This document shows, piece after piece, positions 19,934-30,923 of a DNA stretch of 64,000 nt. Origin of the DNA: Candidatus Cloacimonadota bacterium. Its GTDB lineage: Bacteria; Cloacimonadota; Cloacimonadia; Cloacimonadales; TCS61. The translations under genes and the position numbers were made by a program. The DNA is taken from contig JASUTE010000002.1 in the NCBI GenBank assembly GCA_030445745.1, forward strand, positions 30,859-94,858, in the 5' to 3' direction. The notes beneath the pieces are model-generated. The model did not search any database. It saw nothing but the letters and a program-made list of their open reading frames with translations, and was not told where the DNA came from. Position 1 is the stretch's first letter; every line of letters begins with the position of its first letter.

Positions 19934-21811
19934 ATGGGCAGTTCTCGAGAATTAAAGAGAATTATCGCAACAGATTGTGGTAGTACCACAACTAAAGCGA
20001 TTTTAATTGAATATGTCGACGGCGAATTCCGTCAGACTGTTCGTGGTGAAGCACCTACAACAGTGGAAAAACCACTTAATGATGTTACCCGTGGTGTTTT
20101 GAACGCTGTTACTGAATTAGAAGAGTTAGCCAGACTTAAATACGATAACCCCAATATTAAATTTATTAAAGACAACGAAATTCTAATTATGGAAGACGGC
20201 GTTACAGGCGATACGGGAGTAGATGCTTATGTTTCCACCAGTAGCGCTGGTGGAGGTTTGCAGATGATGGTAACCGGTGTGGTCGCTAGAATGACTGGCG
20301 AGAGCGCTGAACGTGCTGCTTTAGGTGCTGGAGCTATCGTTATGGACCTTATAGCCAGTAACGATAAGCGCGCTAACTATGAAAAAATTGAAAGAATAAG
20401 AAATCTGCGCCCAGATATGATCCTGATGGCTGGCGGAGTAGATGGCGGTACAACCAAACACGTGGCCGAGCTGGCTGAATTAGTCTCAGCCGCCGATCCT
20501 AAACCACGTTTGGGTTCCAGCTTTAAGTTACCAGTTATTTATGCGGGTAACACAAAAGCGCGTGAAGCTATTAAAGAAACCTTAGGAGATAAAGTTGACC
20601 TTATTATTACAGAAAACCTACGTCCTACTTTGGAAGTAGAAAATCTGGGGCCTGCACGCGATAAAATTCATGACTTGTTCATGGAACATGTGATGGCACA
20701 AGCCCCCGGATATAATAAATTGATGTCCTGGACAAAAGGTCCGGTTGATGGTAAAATTAGCAAAATCCCAATTATGCCTACTCCCGCTGCTGTGGGAAAT
20801 ATAATGCAAACAATTGCCAAACAAAACGATATAGAAGTTTTAGGTGTAGATATTGGTGGAGCTACAACAGATGTATTTTCTGTTTTCACGAAAGAACATA
20901 TTTTCAACCGAACCGTAAGTGCTAACCTTGGGATGAGCTACAGTATTTCCAATGTGTTAGCTACTGCTGGGTTAAAAGATATTTTGCGCTGGGTACCTTT
21001 CGAAATTAATGAATCTGGCCTACGTAATATGATAAAAAATAAGATGATACGTCCCACCACCATTCCACAACAGTTAGAAGAACTGGTTTTAGAACAAGCA
21101 ATCGCAAAAGAAGCATTGAAATACGCTTTTATACAGCATAAAGAATTTGCTGTTGGCTTAAAAGGTGGTCAAAGAAAACGTGAGATCTCCGAAGCTTTCT
21201 CGCAATCTGTTTCAGGAGAAACTATCGTAGATATGATGTCGCTCGACCTCTTAGTTGGAAGTGGTGGAGTGCTCTCGCATGCACCACGCCGTAATCAGGC
21301 TGCTATGATGCTAATAGATGCTTTCTTGCCAGAAGGAATAACCAGATTAGCGGTGGACAGTATTTTTATGATGCCTCAGCTTGGTGTTTTGGCTGAAATA
21401 AGCGAGAAAGCTGCTACTGAAGTGTTTGAAAAAGACTGTTTGATCTATCTTGGCACTTGTGTGGCTCCTGTAGGAAAAAGCAAGCCAGACAAAGTGGCAT
21501 TAACAGCTCATATCGAACTTCCTAATGGTGAAGTATTTGATGAAGAAATAAAATTTGGCGAAATGAGATTGCTTCCCTGTGGTGTAGGTGAAACTGCAAA
21601 AGCTACGTTGAAACCGGGTCGCGGTTTAGATCTGGGTGAAGGTAAACATCAGGAAGTTGAAACAGAACTACACGGTGGTGTGGTAGGAATAGTATTAGAC
21701 ACGCGCGGACGTCAACCCTTCGAACTACCTGCCGAAGCTTCAGAACGTGTACCGCTTCTTAAGAAGTGGATGAAAGAACTTAAATCGTATCCTGAAAAAA
21801 TTTTAGAATAG
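19934..21811 (+). CDS. GlmL/MutL-like ASKHA-fold ATPase (glutamate-mutase accessory or reactivase family), long form
   Basis: 625 aa. N-terminal phosphate-1 motif IATDCGSTTTKAIL and a second ASKHA motif LGVDIGGATTDVFS. Confidence 0.6.
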   Translation: MGSSRELKRIIATDCGSTTTKAILIEYVDGEFRQTVRGEAPTTVEKPLNDVTRGVLNAVTELEELARLKYDNPNIKFIKDNEILIMEDGVTGDTGVDAYVSTSSAGGGLQMMVTGVVARMTGESAERAALGAGAIVMDLIASNDKRANYEKIERIRNLRPDMILMAGGVDGGTTKHVAELAELVSAADPKPRLGSSFKLPVIYAGNTKAREAIKETLGDKVDLIITENLRPTLEVENLGPARDKIHDLFMEHVMAQAPGYNKLMSWTKGPVDGKISKIPIMPTPAAVGNIMQTIAKQNDIEVLGVDIGGATTDVFSVFTKEHIFNRTVSANLGMSYSISNVLATAGLKDILRWVPFEINESGLRNMIKNKMIRPTTIPQQLEELVLEQAIAKEALKYAFIQHKEFAVGLKGGQRKREISEAFSQSVSGETIVDMMSLDLLVGSGGVLSHAPRRNQAAMMLIDAFLPEGITRLAVDSIFMMPQLGVLAEISEKAATEVFEKDCLIYLGTCVAPVGKSKPDKVALTAHIELPNGEVFDEEIKFGEMRLLPCGVGETAKATLKPGRGLDLGEGKHQEVETELHGGVVGIVLDTRGRQPFELPAEASERVPLLKKWMKELKSYPEKILE

Positions 21812-21820
21812 GAGGAACAA

Positions 21821-22945
21821 ATGGCTCAAGCATATTCCCCAGGTTTAACAGTAACCGAAAGTATAGTTTTAAGGAAAGAACGTATTCTTCCTCTTAAAGG
21901 AAAAGTATTGGTAAAAAAAGGCGATAAAGTAAAAGCTGAAGATGTTGTAGCAGAAACAAAACTCCCTGGTAAGGTAGTTCCTTTGAACCTATCCAATAAA
22001 TTGGGAATTACAGCCGATATGGTTAATCAGTACATTAAGATAAAGCCGGGTCAGGAAATAAGTAAAAACGATTTGATAGCTGAAACTAAAGGTTTCCTTG
22101 GACTTTTCAAAAGTCAAGTACGCTCTCCTATCACCGGCGAAGTAGAAAATATTTCCAAAATAACCGGACAACTTTTGCTGCGTGAACCCAGAATACCAGT
22201 TAATACAAAAGCTTTTATAGATGGAATTGTAGTAGATGTAATTGAAGAAGAGGGTGTAATCGTGGAAAATAAATCTGCCTATATCCAAGGAATTTTTGGT
22301 ATAGGTGGCGAAACCATCGGAGAAATCAAGGTTCTAGTAGATAGTCCAGAAGCTATTTTGGAAGCTTCAAAAATTGACGAAAGCTGCAAAGATAAAGTGA
22401 TTGTAACTGGTGCTCTTGCAACCTTTGATGTTATCCAAAAAGCCCTTAAAGTTGGTGTAAAAGGTATTATTACTGGTGGAATAGACGATAGAGATCTGAA
22501 AAAACTTTTGGGTTATGACATCGGTGTTGCCATTACCGGACACGAAGATATCGATATTACCATAGTTGTTACAGAAGGTTTTGGTGAAATCAAAATGGCT
22601 CAAAAAACTTACAATTTATTAAAGAATTTTGAAGGTCATAAATCTTCTATTCATGGTAAAACTCAGATCCGAGCTGGGGTAATGCGCCCCGAAATCATTA
22701 TTCCCACAGAATTCACGGTAGAAGAACTAGGCACCCAAGAAGCTAAGATGGCTAGCTTAGAAATAGGAACTACCATCCGTGTTATTCGTGAACCCAATTT
22801 TGGTCAAATAGGGAAAGTAACAGCTCTGCCTGAAAAACTTACTCCAGTTGAAAGTGAAACTCTAGTACGTATTCTGGAAGCTGAATTAGAAGACGGTAAA
22901 AGAATTACGATTCCACGCGCAAACGTAGAAATAATAGAAGACTAA
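21821..22945 (+). CDS. Hypothetical protein with N-terminal lipoyl/hybrid-barrel-like segments; partner of the GlmL-like ATPase
   Basis: 374 aa, 9 nt downstream of the preceding gene. KGDKVKAEDVVAE and SPITGEVENI resemble barrel-sandwich hybrid motifs. Confidence 0.4.
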   Translation: MAQAYSPGLTVTESIVLRKERILPLKGKVLVKKGDKVKAEDVVAETKLPGKVVPLNLSNKLGITADMVNQYIKIKPGQEISKNDLIAETKGFLGLFKSQVRSPITGEVENISKITGQLLLREPRIPVNTKAFIDGIVVDVIEEEGVIVENKSAYIQGIFGIGGETIGEIKVLVDSPEAILEASKIDESCKDKVIVTGALATFDVIQKALKVGVKGIITGGIDDRDLKKLLGYDIGVAITGHEDIDITIVVTEGFGEIKMAQKTYNLLKNFEGHKSSIHGKTQIRAGVMRPEIIIPTEFTVEELGTQEAKMASLEIGTTIRVIREPNFGQIGKVTALPEKLTPVESETLVRILEAELEDGKRITIPRANVEIIED

Positions 22946-22954
22946 TAAAAAAAA

Positions 22955-22972
22955 GGGCAGAAATTTCTGCCC
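22955..22972. terminator. Bidirectional rho-independent terminator hairpin
   Basis: GGGCAGAAATTTCTGCCC forms a 6-bp GC-rich stem. An A8 run lies upstream and TTTATAAT downstream, so either strand reads hairpin then U-tract. It sits between convergent genes. Confidence 0.8.
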
Positions 22973-22986
22973 TTTATAATTTTGCT

Positions 22987-23011
22987 GGTCGGCTTCAGCC
23001 GGCCATTTTTT
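22987..23011 (+). terminator. Second plus-strand terminator
   Basis: GGTCGGC-TTCA-GCCGGCC (7-bp stem with one G-U pair) followed by ATTTTTTATT. Confidence 0.6.
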
Positions 23012-23642
23012 ATTCTTCGAAGATTTCTATCACATATTGTTCATCTAACCCCAAAGTTGTTTCATCAGGGCTGCCAAAAAATTCTTCTGTGTAATCGTCG
23101 TACCTTACCTTAAAGGTATAATAAAAATCATTTTCGGGAGTAGCAAAGGCTAAGCGTGACCAAAATTCTGCTCCGTTTTCAATACTTTCTGTAAGAGTGC
23201 GTAATGTTGTATCATTACTGGTATAGTAAAATAATCCTATTATATCCTTCCCAGAATTATTTATTACCTTTAAGCCTGCGTGAGTAGCAGGATCACAGTA
23301 AATTTTATAAGTTTCGTTAGCTTCAACTTCTATACTGGTGTCAGTAAAATATTCACCTGTTCCCACTCCCTGCACAGAAGCACTTTGCATCATAAAAGTT
23401 TCACCTTCCAAATGCAAGTCGTATTTTTCTTCGCCTGAGCCAAAAAACAGGAACTTATCTCCTGTATCCAAAGAGACAGTTTTGGAATTTTCACCTTCTG
23501 TGGCACCAGTTACCATATATTCATCTCCATCGATATTAAAATAGATATTATGGGCTGTTCCATTCACAACTTTCAAGTCGCCTTCTGTTGAGCAGGCAGC
23601 TAAGAAAACTACCAGCAACAATAATGGTAATATTCGCTTCAT
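23010..23642 (-). CDS. Hypothetical lipoprotein
   Basis: 210 aa with signal peptide and lipobox LLLVVFLAACS. Confidence 0.5.
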   Translation of the reverse strand: MKRILPLLLLVVFLAACSTEGDLKVVNGTAHNIYFNIDGDEYMVTGATEGENSKTVSLDTGDKFLFFGSGEEKYDLHLEGETFMMQSASVQGVGTGEYFTDTSIEVEANETYKIYCDPATHAGLKVINNSGKDIIGLFYYTSNDTTLRTLTESIENGAEFWSRLAFATPENDFYYTFKVRYDDYTEEFFGSPDETTLGLDEQYVIEIFEE

Positions 23643-23665
23643 TTTGCCCTCCTTGTGGCATTTTA

Positions 23666-24961
<1,296 letters not shown>

Positions 24962-24979
24962 TCACTTAATAAAATAACA

Positions 24980-25008
24980 CAAAAAAAGACGCATAAATAA
25001 ATGCGTCT
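24980..25008 (-). terminator. Rho-independent terminator after the SPFH gene
   Basis: The minus strand reads AGACGCAT-TTATTT-ATGCGTCT (8-bp stem, 25008 to 24987) followed by TTTTTTT. Confidence 0.8.
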
Positions 25009-25043
25009 AAATATAGCACGGCTGTCAAAAGTCAAACATATTT

Positions 25044-25976
25044 TTATGTTTTAAAAATCTTCTCTATCATTTTAAGTGACCCTAACATAGAGGAAGCTTC
25101 ATAGGGAACAACCACTGTTTTATCTTCTTTTTGAATAATGTTGTGGAAAGCTTTAACATATTTTAGAGCAATAAGATACTGAGCTGGATCTGTTCCAGTA
25201 TTTTCTACAGAATCGGCAATGCGGGCAATAGCTTTAGCTTCTGCATCTGCTACCAGCAATCTGGCTTTGGCTTCTCCCTCAGCACGTGCTATTTGGGCAT
25301 CTTTATCACCTTCTGCCACCAAAATAGCAGACCGTTTTTCGCCTTCAGCTTCCAATATTTTGGCGCGCCTATCACGTTCAGCACGCATCTGTTTTTCCAT
25401 TGCTTCCCGAACTTTTTCTGGTGGATTTATATCTTGTAGTTCAACCCGATTTACCTTCACACCCCATTTATCGGTAGCTTCATCCAAAATTATTCTGAGT
25501 TTATTATTTATAGTATCGCGGGAAGTTAAAGTTTTATCTAATTCCAATTCACCTATAACGTTACGCAAGGTAGTTTGAGTAAGTTTTTCGATAGCATCGG
25601 GCAAATTATTTATCTCGTAAGTAGCTTTTATTGGGTCTGTTATTTGGAAATAAAGCAGAGCATTTATCTCGATAGAGACATTGTCGGAAGTAATTACATT
25701 TTGGCGGGGAAAATCGTAAACAGTTTCTCGTAAATCTATTCTGTTTTGTGATTTTATGATTACATAGCTATTACCTTTAACATCGGTTTTCAAGTAGCGC
25801 CAATTTATGCTGCGCGCTTTATCGATAACTGGCCAAATGATATGCAATCCACTTTCCAAGGTTGTATAATAGCGCCCAAATCTTTCTATTATCATCACTT
25901 CTGCTTGTTTCACTATTACAATTCCCTTGGCAATAAAAAAAAGAACAAAAACAGCAATTATAATTGCTAATAACAT
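25044..25976 (-). CDS. SPFH/band-7 (stomatin/QmcA-like) membrane protein
   Basis: 310 aa. N-terminal TM segment, SPFH core, and an Ala/Glu-rich coiled coil (RAERDRRAKILEAEGEK). Confidence 0.9.
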   Translation of the reverse strand: MLLAIIIAVFVLFFIAKGIVIVKQAEVMIIERFGRYYTTLESGLHIIWPVIDKARSINWRYLKTDVKGNSYVIIKSQNRIDLRETVYDFPRQNVITSDNVSIEINALLYFQITDPIKATYEINNLPDAIEKLTQTTLRNVIGELELDKTLTSRDTINNKLRIILDEATDKWGVKVNRVELQDINPPEKVREAMEKQMRAERDRRAKILEAEGEKRSAILVAEGDKDAQIARAEGEAKARLLVADAEAKAIARIADSVENTGTDPAQYLIALKYVKAFHNIIQKEDKTVVVPYEASSMLGSLKMIEKIFKT

Positions 25977-26419
25977 TATTCCTCCCTTGTTTCTTCTACC
26001 AATAGTGTATTTCCATCGATTGAATCAACTACAACTATACTGCCTTTCGAAATAGTTTTCCCATTTTTTGCTAAAGCCGGCCATTCTTCACCGCCCACTT
26101 TTACGTAGCCTTTATTTTCCTTTTTTATTGGAATAATTACAATGGCTTTCTTACCTTTTAAAGCATATATATTGGTTTCATGATAATCTTTAGCTTGTAA
26201 CTTGCTAGATATATTTCTCATCTTTAAAAAAAGCAAAAACGTGATAATAGCAAAAATAATGAATTGTAAAATTACTGTACTGCTCATAAAATAAGTAATT
26301 ATACCTGTAATTACGGCACCAATTCCAAAACTTAGGAATAGAAAGGTTGGTGTGAAGATCTCTATTATCATACAAATAACTCCAATAGCTACCCACACCA
26401 TCCACGGTTCTATATTCAT
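25976..26419 (-). CDS. NfeD-family membrane protein
   Basis: 147 aa with three TM segments and a C-terminal OB-like domain. It overlaps the SPFH gene by 1 nt, the classic nfeD-SPFH operon arrangement. Confidence 0.8.
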   Translation of the reverse strand: MNIEPWMVWVAIGVICMIIEIFTPTFLFLSFGIGAVITGIITYFMSSTVILQFIIFAIITFLLFLKMRNISSKLQAKDYHETNIYALKGKKAIVIIPIKKENKGYVKVGGEEWPALAKNGKTISKGSIVVVDSIDGNTLLVEETREE

Positions 26420-26420
26420 C

Positions 26421-27314
26421 CTATTCTTCCTTACTATGCTTTCTGTTGCTATCGTGCTTATCTTTATAAACTCTTTTTACCTTGCGGCCATAACCACTAT
26501 TATAGTTATAGCTACTACTACTGCCATGGGAAGTTTTCACACCTATTATGCGTAACATTTTCATGGTAAGGTCCATAAATAAAAATAGAATTATTAAAAT
26601 AATCGAGAATATAAGTAATAAAATTACCATGTATTTAATTAATGACCAAAAACGAGAGAGAATGGACGAAAGATTTATCTCGTTACTGCTCTGTTTAATT
26701 ACTTTCAAAAACAGTAAATTTTTCTCTTTATTTTGCTTCATCAATTCTTTTTTACTCTTTAAGCTATCTATTTGAGCCTGTACTCTATTTAGCATAGAGT
26801 TATAATCTCTAACTCTTTCTGGATTCAAGCTAAACTTGCTGCTTAATTCTTTTTGAATAGTTTCTTTTAATAATTTTTTATTCTCCAGGTTTTCTTCAAT
26901 ATTAATCATATAGCTGTCTTGCGGAGGTGTTTCCACTTTTTCCTCTTCCAAACCTTCTATTTGGCGCAATTCTCTCATCACATCAGCATAGATTTCATCG
27001 GGAAATTCTACGATAGAAACGGAATACCCACCTTGGTCTTCTCTATTTAGGATATTCATCTCGTATTTACTAAAAATATCTGTTAAGCTTTGAGTAACTT
27101 TTTGTTTATCTGTTACTTTAAATGTCATTCTAATCTTAGTATAGTTCATCTTTCTTTCATAGATATTTTCAAAATTCCTGAAATCGTAATTAGGATCAGA
27201 AGTAGTAAAGCTCTGGGCAAATTGTGATTTATTCAAAGCTATTATAAAAGCAACAACAAACATGACAAACACAATAAAATACTTAATTTCTCTCTTAACC
27301 GTTATCATTAACAT
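26421..27314 (-). CDS. Hypothetical membrane protein with coiled-coil region
   Basis: 297 aa with N- and C-terminal TM segments and a basic tail. Family uncertain. Confidence 0.4.
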   Translation of the reverse strand: MLMITVKREIKYFIVFVMFVVAFIIALNKSQFAQSFTTSDPNYDFRNFENIYERKMNYTKIRMTFKVTDKQKVTQSLTDIFSKYEMNILNREDQGGYSVSIVEFPDEIYADVMRELRQIEGLEEEKVETPPQDSYMINIEENLENKKLLKETIQKELSSKFSLNPERVRDYNSMLNRVQAQIDSLKSKKELMKQNKEKNLLFLKVIKQSSNEINLSSILSRFWSLIKYMVILLLIFSIILIILFLFMDLTMKMLRIIGVKTSHGSSSSYNYNSGYGRKVKRVYKDKHDSNRKHSKEE

Positions 27315-28998
27315 CTCCTTTTTTTAATATTTCTTCTGCGTATTTTAAAGCTATTTCAGTATTAGAACCGGAAATCATCCGTGCAATTTCATCTTTACGT
27401 TCATCTTCAGCTAAAACTTTTACTGTAATCTCTGCCATTTTTGCCCTGCTCTGTTTTTGTATACTAAAATGCCTATTTGCATAACTGGCAATAGGGGCCA
27501 AATGCGTAATGCATAAAACTTGGTGGGTGGAAGCTATTTGGGATATAAATTGTCCCAAAAGTTCCGAGGTTTGGCCACCAATTCCAGTATCTATCTCATC
27601 AAAGATGATAATTTTTGGTTCCAGGTCTTCTGACAATATTTTTTTTATTGCTAAAAGCACTCTTGAACTCTCACCACCAGAGGCAACATTTTCCAGTGGC
27701 TGTGGTGCTATTCCCTTGTTAGCAGAAAAGAAAAATTCCACTTTATCATAGCCAAATTCAGAGTAAGCAGCTAGACTATTCAACTTTTTTTCATCTTTAT
27801 TAATTTTGTCAAACTGAATATTTAACCTAGCATCTGGAATAGCTAAATCTCGGATATTTTTTTCTATTAATTTTTCTAATTTTACCGCAGCTTCTTTACG
27901 TTTATTACTTAGTTGATCGGCTTGTTGTTTTAAAATCTTAAAGTCTTCTGCTATAGTAAGTTGTAAATTTTCGATCTTGTTAGTATCGCTCTTAAAATTC
28001 TCTGTTTTTTGTTTAATTTCTTGATAATATTGCAAAATTTCGGGTATATCTTTTTGGTATTTAGTTTTAAGTGAATTTATAATATCTAATCTGGTTTCCA
28101 AATTTTCTTTTTGCGAACTATCTAAATCCACCTTATTTTGTAACTCTCTAATTTCCGCTACTGCATCATCTAAGGCGGCTAAGCTATCCTGCAAGTAGGA
28201 AGCTGCTTTTTTGGTATTTTCCTGATGATAATTCTCTAAAATAGAGGCAAATTTACTTAAAATTTCATAGATAGAATCTTCCTTCTCATATATTTCGTTT
28301 TCCATTTCAGCACAATTTTCCAAAATTGATTCGGCATTATCCAGAATTTCCAATTCATTTTGAATCTTTTCATCTTCGCCAGATTTTAGTTCTGCTGCTT
28401 CAATTTCCTCTATTTGATATTTATATAATTGCATTTTTTCACGATTTTCTGCTTCTTTTTTTTGTATTTTATGCAATTCAGTTATTTCATTTTCCAACTT
28501 TTTATACTGTGCCTGAAAAGAGCTTCTCTGAGTAATTAGCTTGGCATATCTATCTAAAATTTCAAGCTGAAAACTACTTTGGAAGAGCCTTTGTTGATCT
28601 CTTTGGCTATGAAAATCAATCAACACATCCCTAAATTCCTCGATAATATCTCGTGCTACTCTACGCCCGTTTATAAAGCTTCGGCTACGCTTGTTGTTTT
28701 TTATCTCTCGTGCAAAAAATATATCATTTTCGGTAGTTTCTATTTCGTATTTTTTCAGCAATTTTGTTAGTGCTATGTTTTTTTCGCTATTTTCAATTCC
28801 TACTTCCAAATAAGCTGGCTTTGATTTATCTAATACCATGCCAGCATGTACCTCTCCACCGAAAATCAAATCGATCGCACCTACTATAACCGATTTTCCG
28901 GCGCCAGTTTCTCCAGTTAATACTTGCAAACCAGAGGTAAACTGAAGTTTTAGTTTTTTCACCAGTACAAAATTGGAAATTTCCAAATAATTTATCAT
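27295..28998 (-). CDS. recN: DNA repair protein RecN
   Basis: 567 aa. Walker A GETGAGKSVIVGA, a long coiled coil, a C-terminal SMC signature (ASGGESSRVLLA) and Walker B IIIFDEID. Confidence 0.9.
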   Translation of the reverse strand: MINYLEISNFVLVKKLKLQFTSGLQVLTGETGAGKSVIVGAIDLIFGGEVHAGMVLDKSKPAYLEVGIENSEKNIALTKLLKKYEIETTENDIFFAREIKNNKRSRSFINGRRVARDIIEEFRDVLIDFHSQRDQQRLFQSSFQLEILDRYAKLITQRSSFQAQYKKLENEITELHKIQKKEAENREKMQLYKYQIEEIEAAELKSGEDEKIQNELEILDNAESILENCAEMENEIYEKEDSIYEILSKFASILENYHQENTKKAASYLQDSLAALDDAVAEIRELQNKVDLDSSQKENLETRLDIINSLKTKYQKDIPEILQYYQEIKQKTENFKSDTNKIENLQLTIAEDFKILKQQADQLSNKRKEAAVKLEKLIEKNIRDLAIPDARLNIQFDKINKDEKKLNSLAAYSEFGYDKVEFFFSANKGIAPQPLENVASGGESSRVLLAIKKILSEDLEPKIIIFDEIDTGIGGQTSELLGQFISQIASTHQVLCITHLAPIASYANRHFSIQKQSRAKMAEITVKVLAEDERKDEIARMISGSNTEIALKYAEEILKKGDVNDNG

Positions 28999-29849
28999 GT
29001 TCTTCCCATATGCAATTTTTTGCGTAGAATTTGGTAAAATGTTTTGTTGGAAAGTTTAACAAATTCCACCTTTTCAGCTGCAGCAGTGATAATAATTTCA
29101 TCGTTATCTTGCAATTCATAACTATTTTTGCCGTCAAGTTGCAAAATAGAATTTTGATAGCCCTTTACCAACTTAAATTTTATTTTATCGGAAGCTGCAA
29201 ACACCATTGGCCTCACACTTAGCACATGTGGATTTAAAGGAGCCACCACAATTGCTTCCATCACTGGCGAAACTATTGGTCCCCCTGCCGAAAGCGAATA
29301 GGCAGTTGAGCCTGTAGGTGTGGCAGCCAAAATACCATCGCATCTGGTTTCCAATACAAAACGACGATTACTGCTGATTTTAATATCAATTAGTTTGGAA
29401 ATAACACCTTTGTTTATTACAGCATCATTCAAAGCTCTACCCACATATAAAATTTGCTTGTTTCTTTTCAATTGCACTTTTAGCAACATTCTTTTCTGAA
29501 TTTTATAACGATTTCTTTTCAAATTTTCTATTGATTTTTCCAATTCTTTAAAATTGCTTTCGGAAAGAAATCCTAATTTACCAATATTGATACCTAAAAG
29601 TGGAGCGTTATATTGCAAAGAATATTCAACAGCACTCAAAATTGTGCCATCTCCACCAAATACCAAAATACATTCCAATTTCTCGGAATCGATCTTCGAA
29701 ATATAATTAATAAAATCCGGATAAAAATTCTGTTGCTGGCAAAAACGAAAAAAATTAATAGAAGCCTGCTTGTGCAGGTTTTGTAATCGCTCAAAAATTG
29801 GCTTTTTATTTTCGTAGTGAGGATTAAAATAAACTCCAAAATTCTTCAT
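28995..29849 (-). CDS. nadK: NAD kinase
   Basis: 284 aa. GGDGT, NDAVI and TPTGSTAYSLSAGGPI. Confidence 0.9.
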   Translation of the reverse strand: MKNFGVYFNPHYENKKPIFERLQNLHKQASINFFRFCQQQNFYPDFINYISKIDSEKLECILVFGGDGTILSAVEYSLQYNAPLLGINIGKLGFLSESNFKELEKSIENLKRNRYKIQKRMLLKVQLKRNKQILYVGRALNDAVINKGVISKLIDIKISSNRRFVLETRCDGILAATPTGSTAYSLSAGGPIVSPVMEAIVVAPLNPHVLSVRPMVFAASDKIKFKLVKGYQNSILQLDGKNSYELQDNDEIIITAAAEKVEFVKLSNKTFYQILRKKLHMGRT

Positions 29850-29858
29850 AAATATTCC

Positions 29859-30923
29859 TTACAGTAAAGATTGTATAATTCTAAGATACGATTCATATCT
29901 GGCAAGAGGAAATTGTTTTTTTTCTACTGCTTTTTTAACAGCACAATCTGTTTCATGAGTATGTGTGCAATCGGGAAATTTACAATTCGAATACAATTTC
30001 GGGAAACCAGGAAATATGCGGGGAAGTTTGTCTTTATCTTCTTTTTTTAAATTAAAAGTTTTTATACCGGGTGTATCGATGAGATAACCTCCAAAATCCC
30101 AGGGTATTAATCTGCTTTTGGTAGTAGTATGAATTCCCTTACCTGTAGAATTGCTAGTGTTAGCTACTTTTAATTGCAAATCTGGTTGCAAACAGTTCAG
30201 TAGAGAAGATTTTCCTGCTCCCGAATGCCCAGAGAATACAGAATCTTTTCCCTGCAAAATTCGTTTTAGTTCTTCTATTCCTCTTTTCTGTATTGCCGAA
30301 GTGTAAACTACCCGAATTTTTAATTTTTTATAAAAATTCATGATCTTATCTAATTCTGCCAGCTTGGTACACAGATCAATTTTATTTACGCACACAATCG
30401 GCTCGATGTTTTGTAAATAGGCAGCGCAAATGTATCTGTCAATAAGCCCTGGCTTCAATTCTGGATTACGCCAGGATGTTGTTATTATTACCTGATCTAC
30501 GTTTGAAGCAATCACAATTTCCTGCTGATATCCCGATTCAGTAAATCGAGAAAGAGAATTTTTTCGGGGTAGTATCTCTTCTATCCGCGGATATTCGGAA
30601 AGGTCAACATTTACCCAATCGCCTGGTGCTACTAAATTTTTGGTTTCATAATTTATCTGCTTTAATCTGCCACTTAAAAAGCATTCCAAAACTTTTTTCC
30701 CCATTTTTACACAACATTTGTAATTGGTTGTTATTTCCAAAATTCTGCCTTTGTACAGCTTTAAATCCGATTTTTGACTGCTTTTTGCTTTGTCTGGTAT
30801 CTTTTTTTCTGCTCTTTTTTCCTCTTGGATATCTTCTTCTTCAAAATAGTCTAACTCATCTATATCTATATTCTTGAAACGGATATTTCTGCGCTTGAAT
30901 TTTTTCTTATCTTTTTTTTTCAT
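29859..30923 (-). CDS. rsgA: Ribosome small-subunit-dependent GTPase A
   Basis: 354 aa. Circularly permuted GTPase (NKIDL ... GHSGAGKSSL) and a Zn knuckle CKFPDCTHTHETDC. Confidence 0.9.
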   Translation of the reverse strand: MKKKDKKKFKRRNIRFKNIDIDELDYFEEEDIQEEKRAEKKIPDKAKSSQKSDLKLYKGRILEITTNYKCCVKMGKKVLECFLSGRLKQINYETKNLVAPGDWVNVDLSEYPRIEEILPRKNSLSRFTESGYQQEIVIASNVDQVIITTSWRNPELKPGLIDRYICAAYLQNIEPIVCVNKIDLCTKLAELDKIMNFYKKLKIRVVYTSAIQKRGIEELKRILQGKDSVFSGHSGAGKSSLLNCLQPDLQLKVANTSNSTGKGIHTTTKSRLIPWDFGGYLIDTPGIKTFNLKKEDKDKLPRIFPGFPKLYSNCKFPDCTHTHETDCAVKKAVEKKQFPLARYESYLRIIQSLL

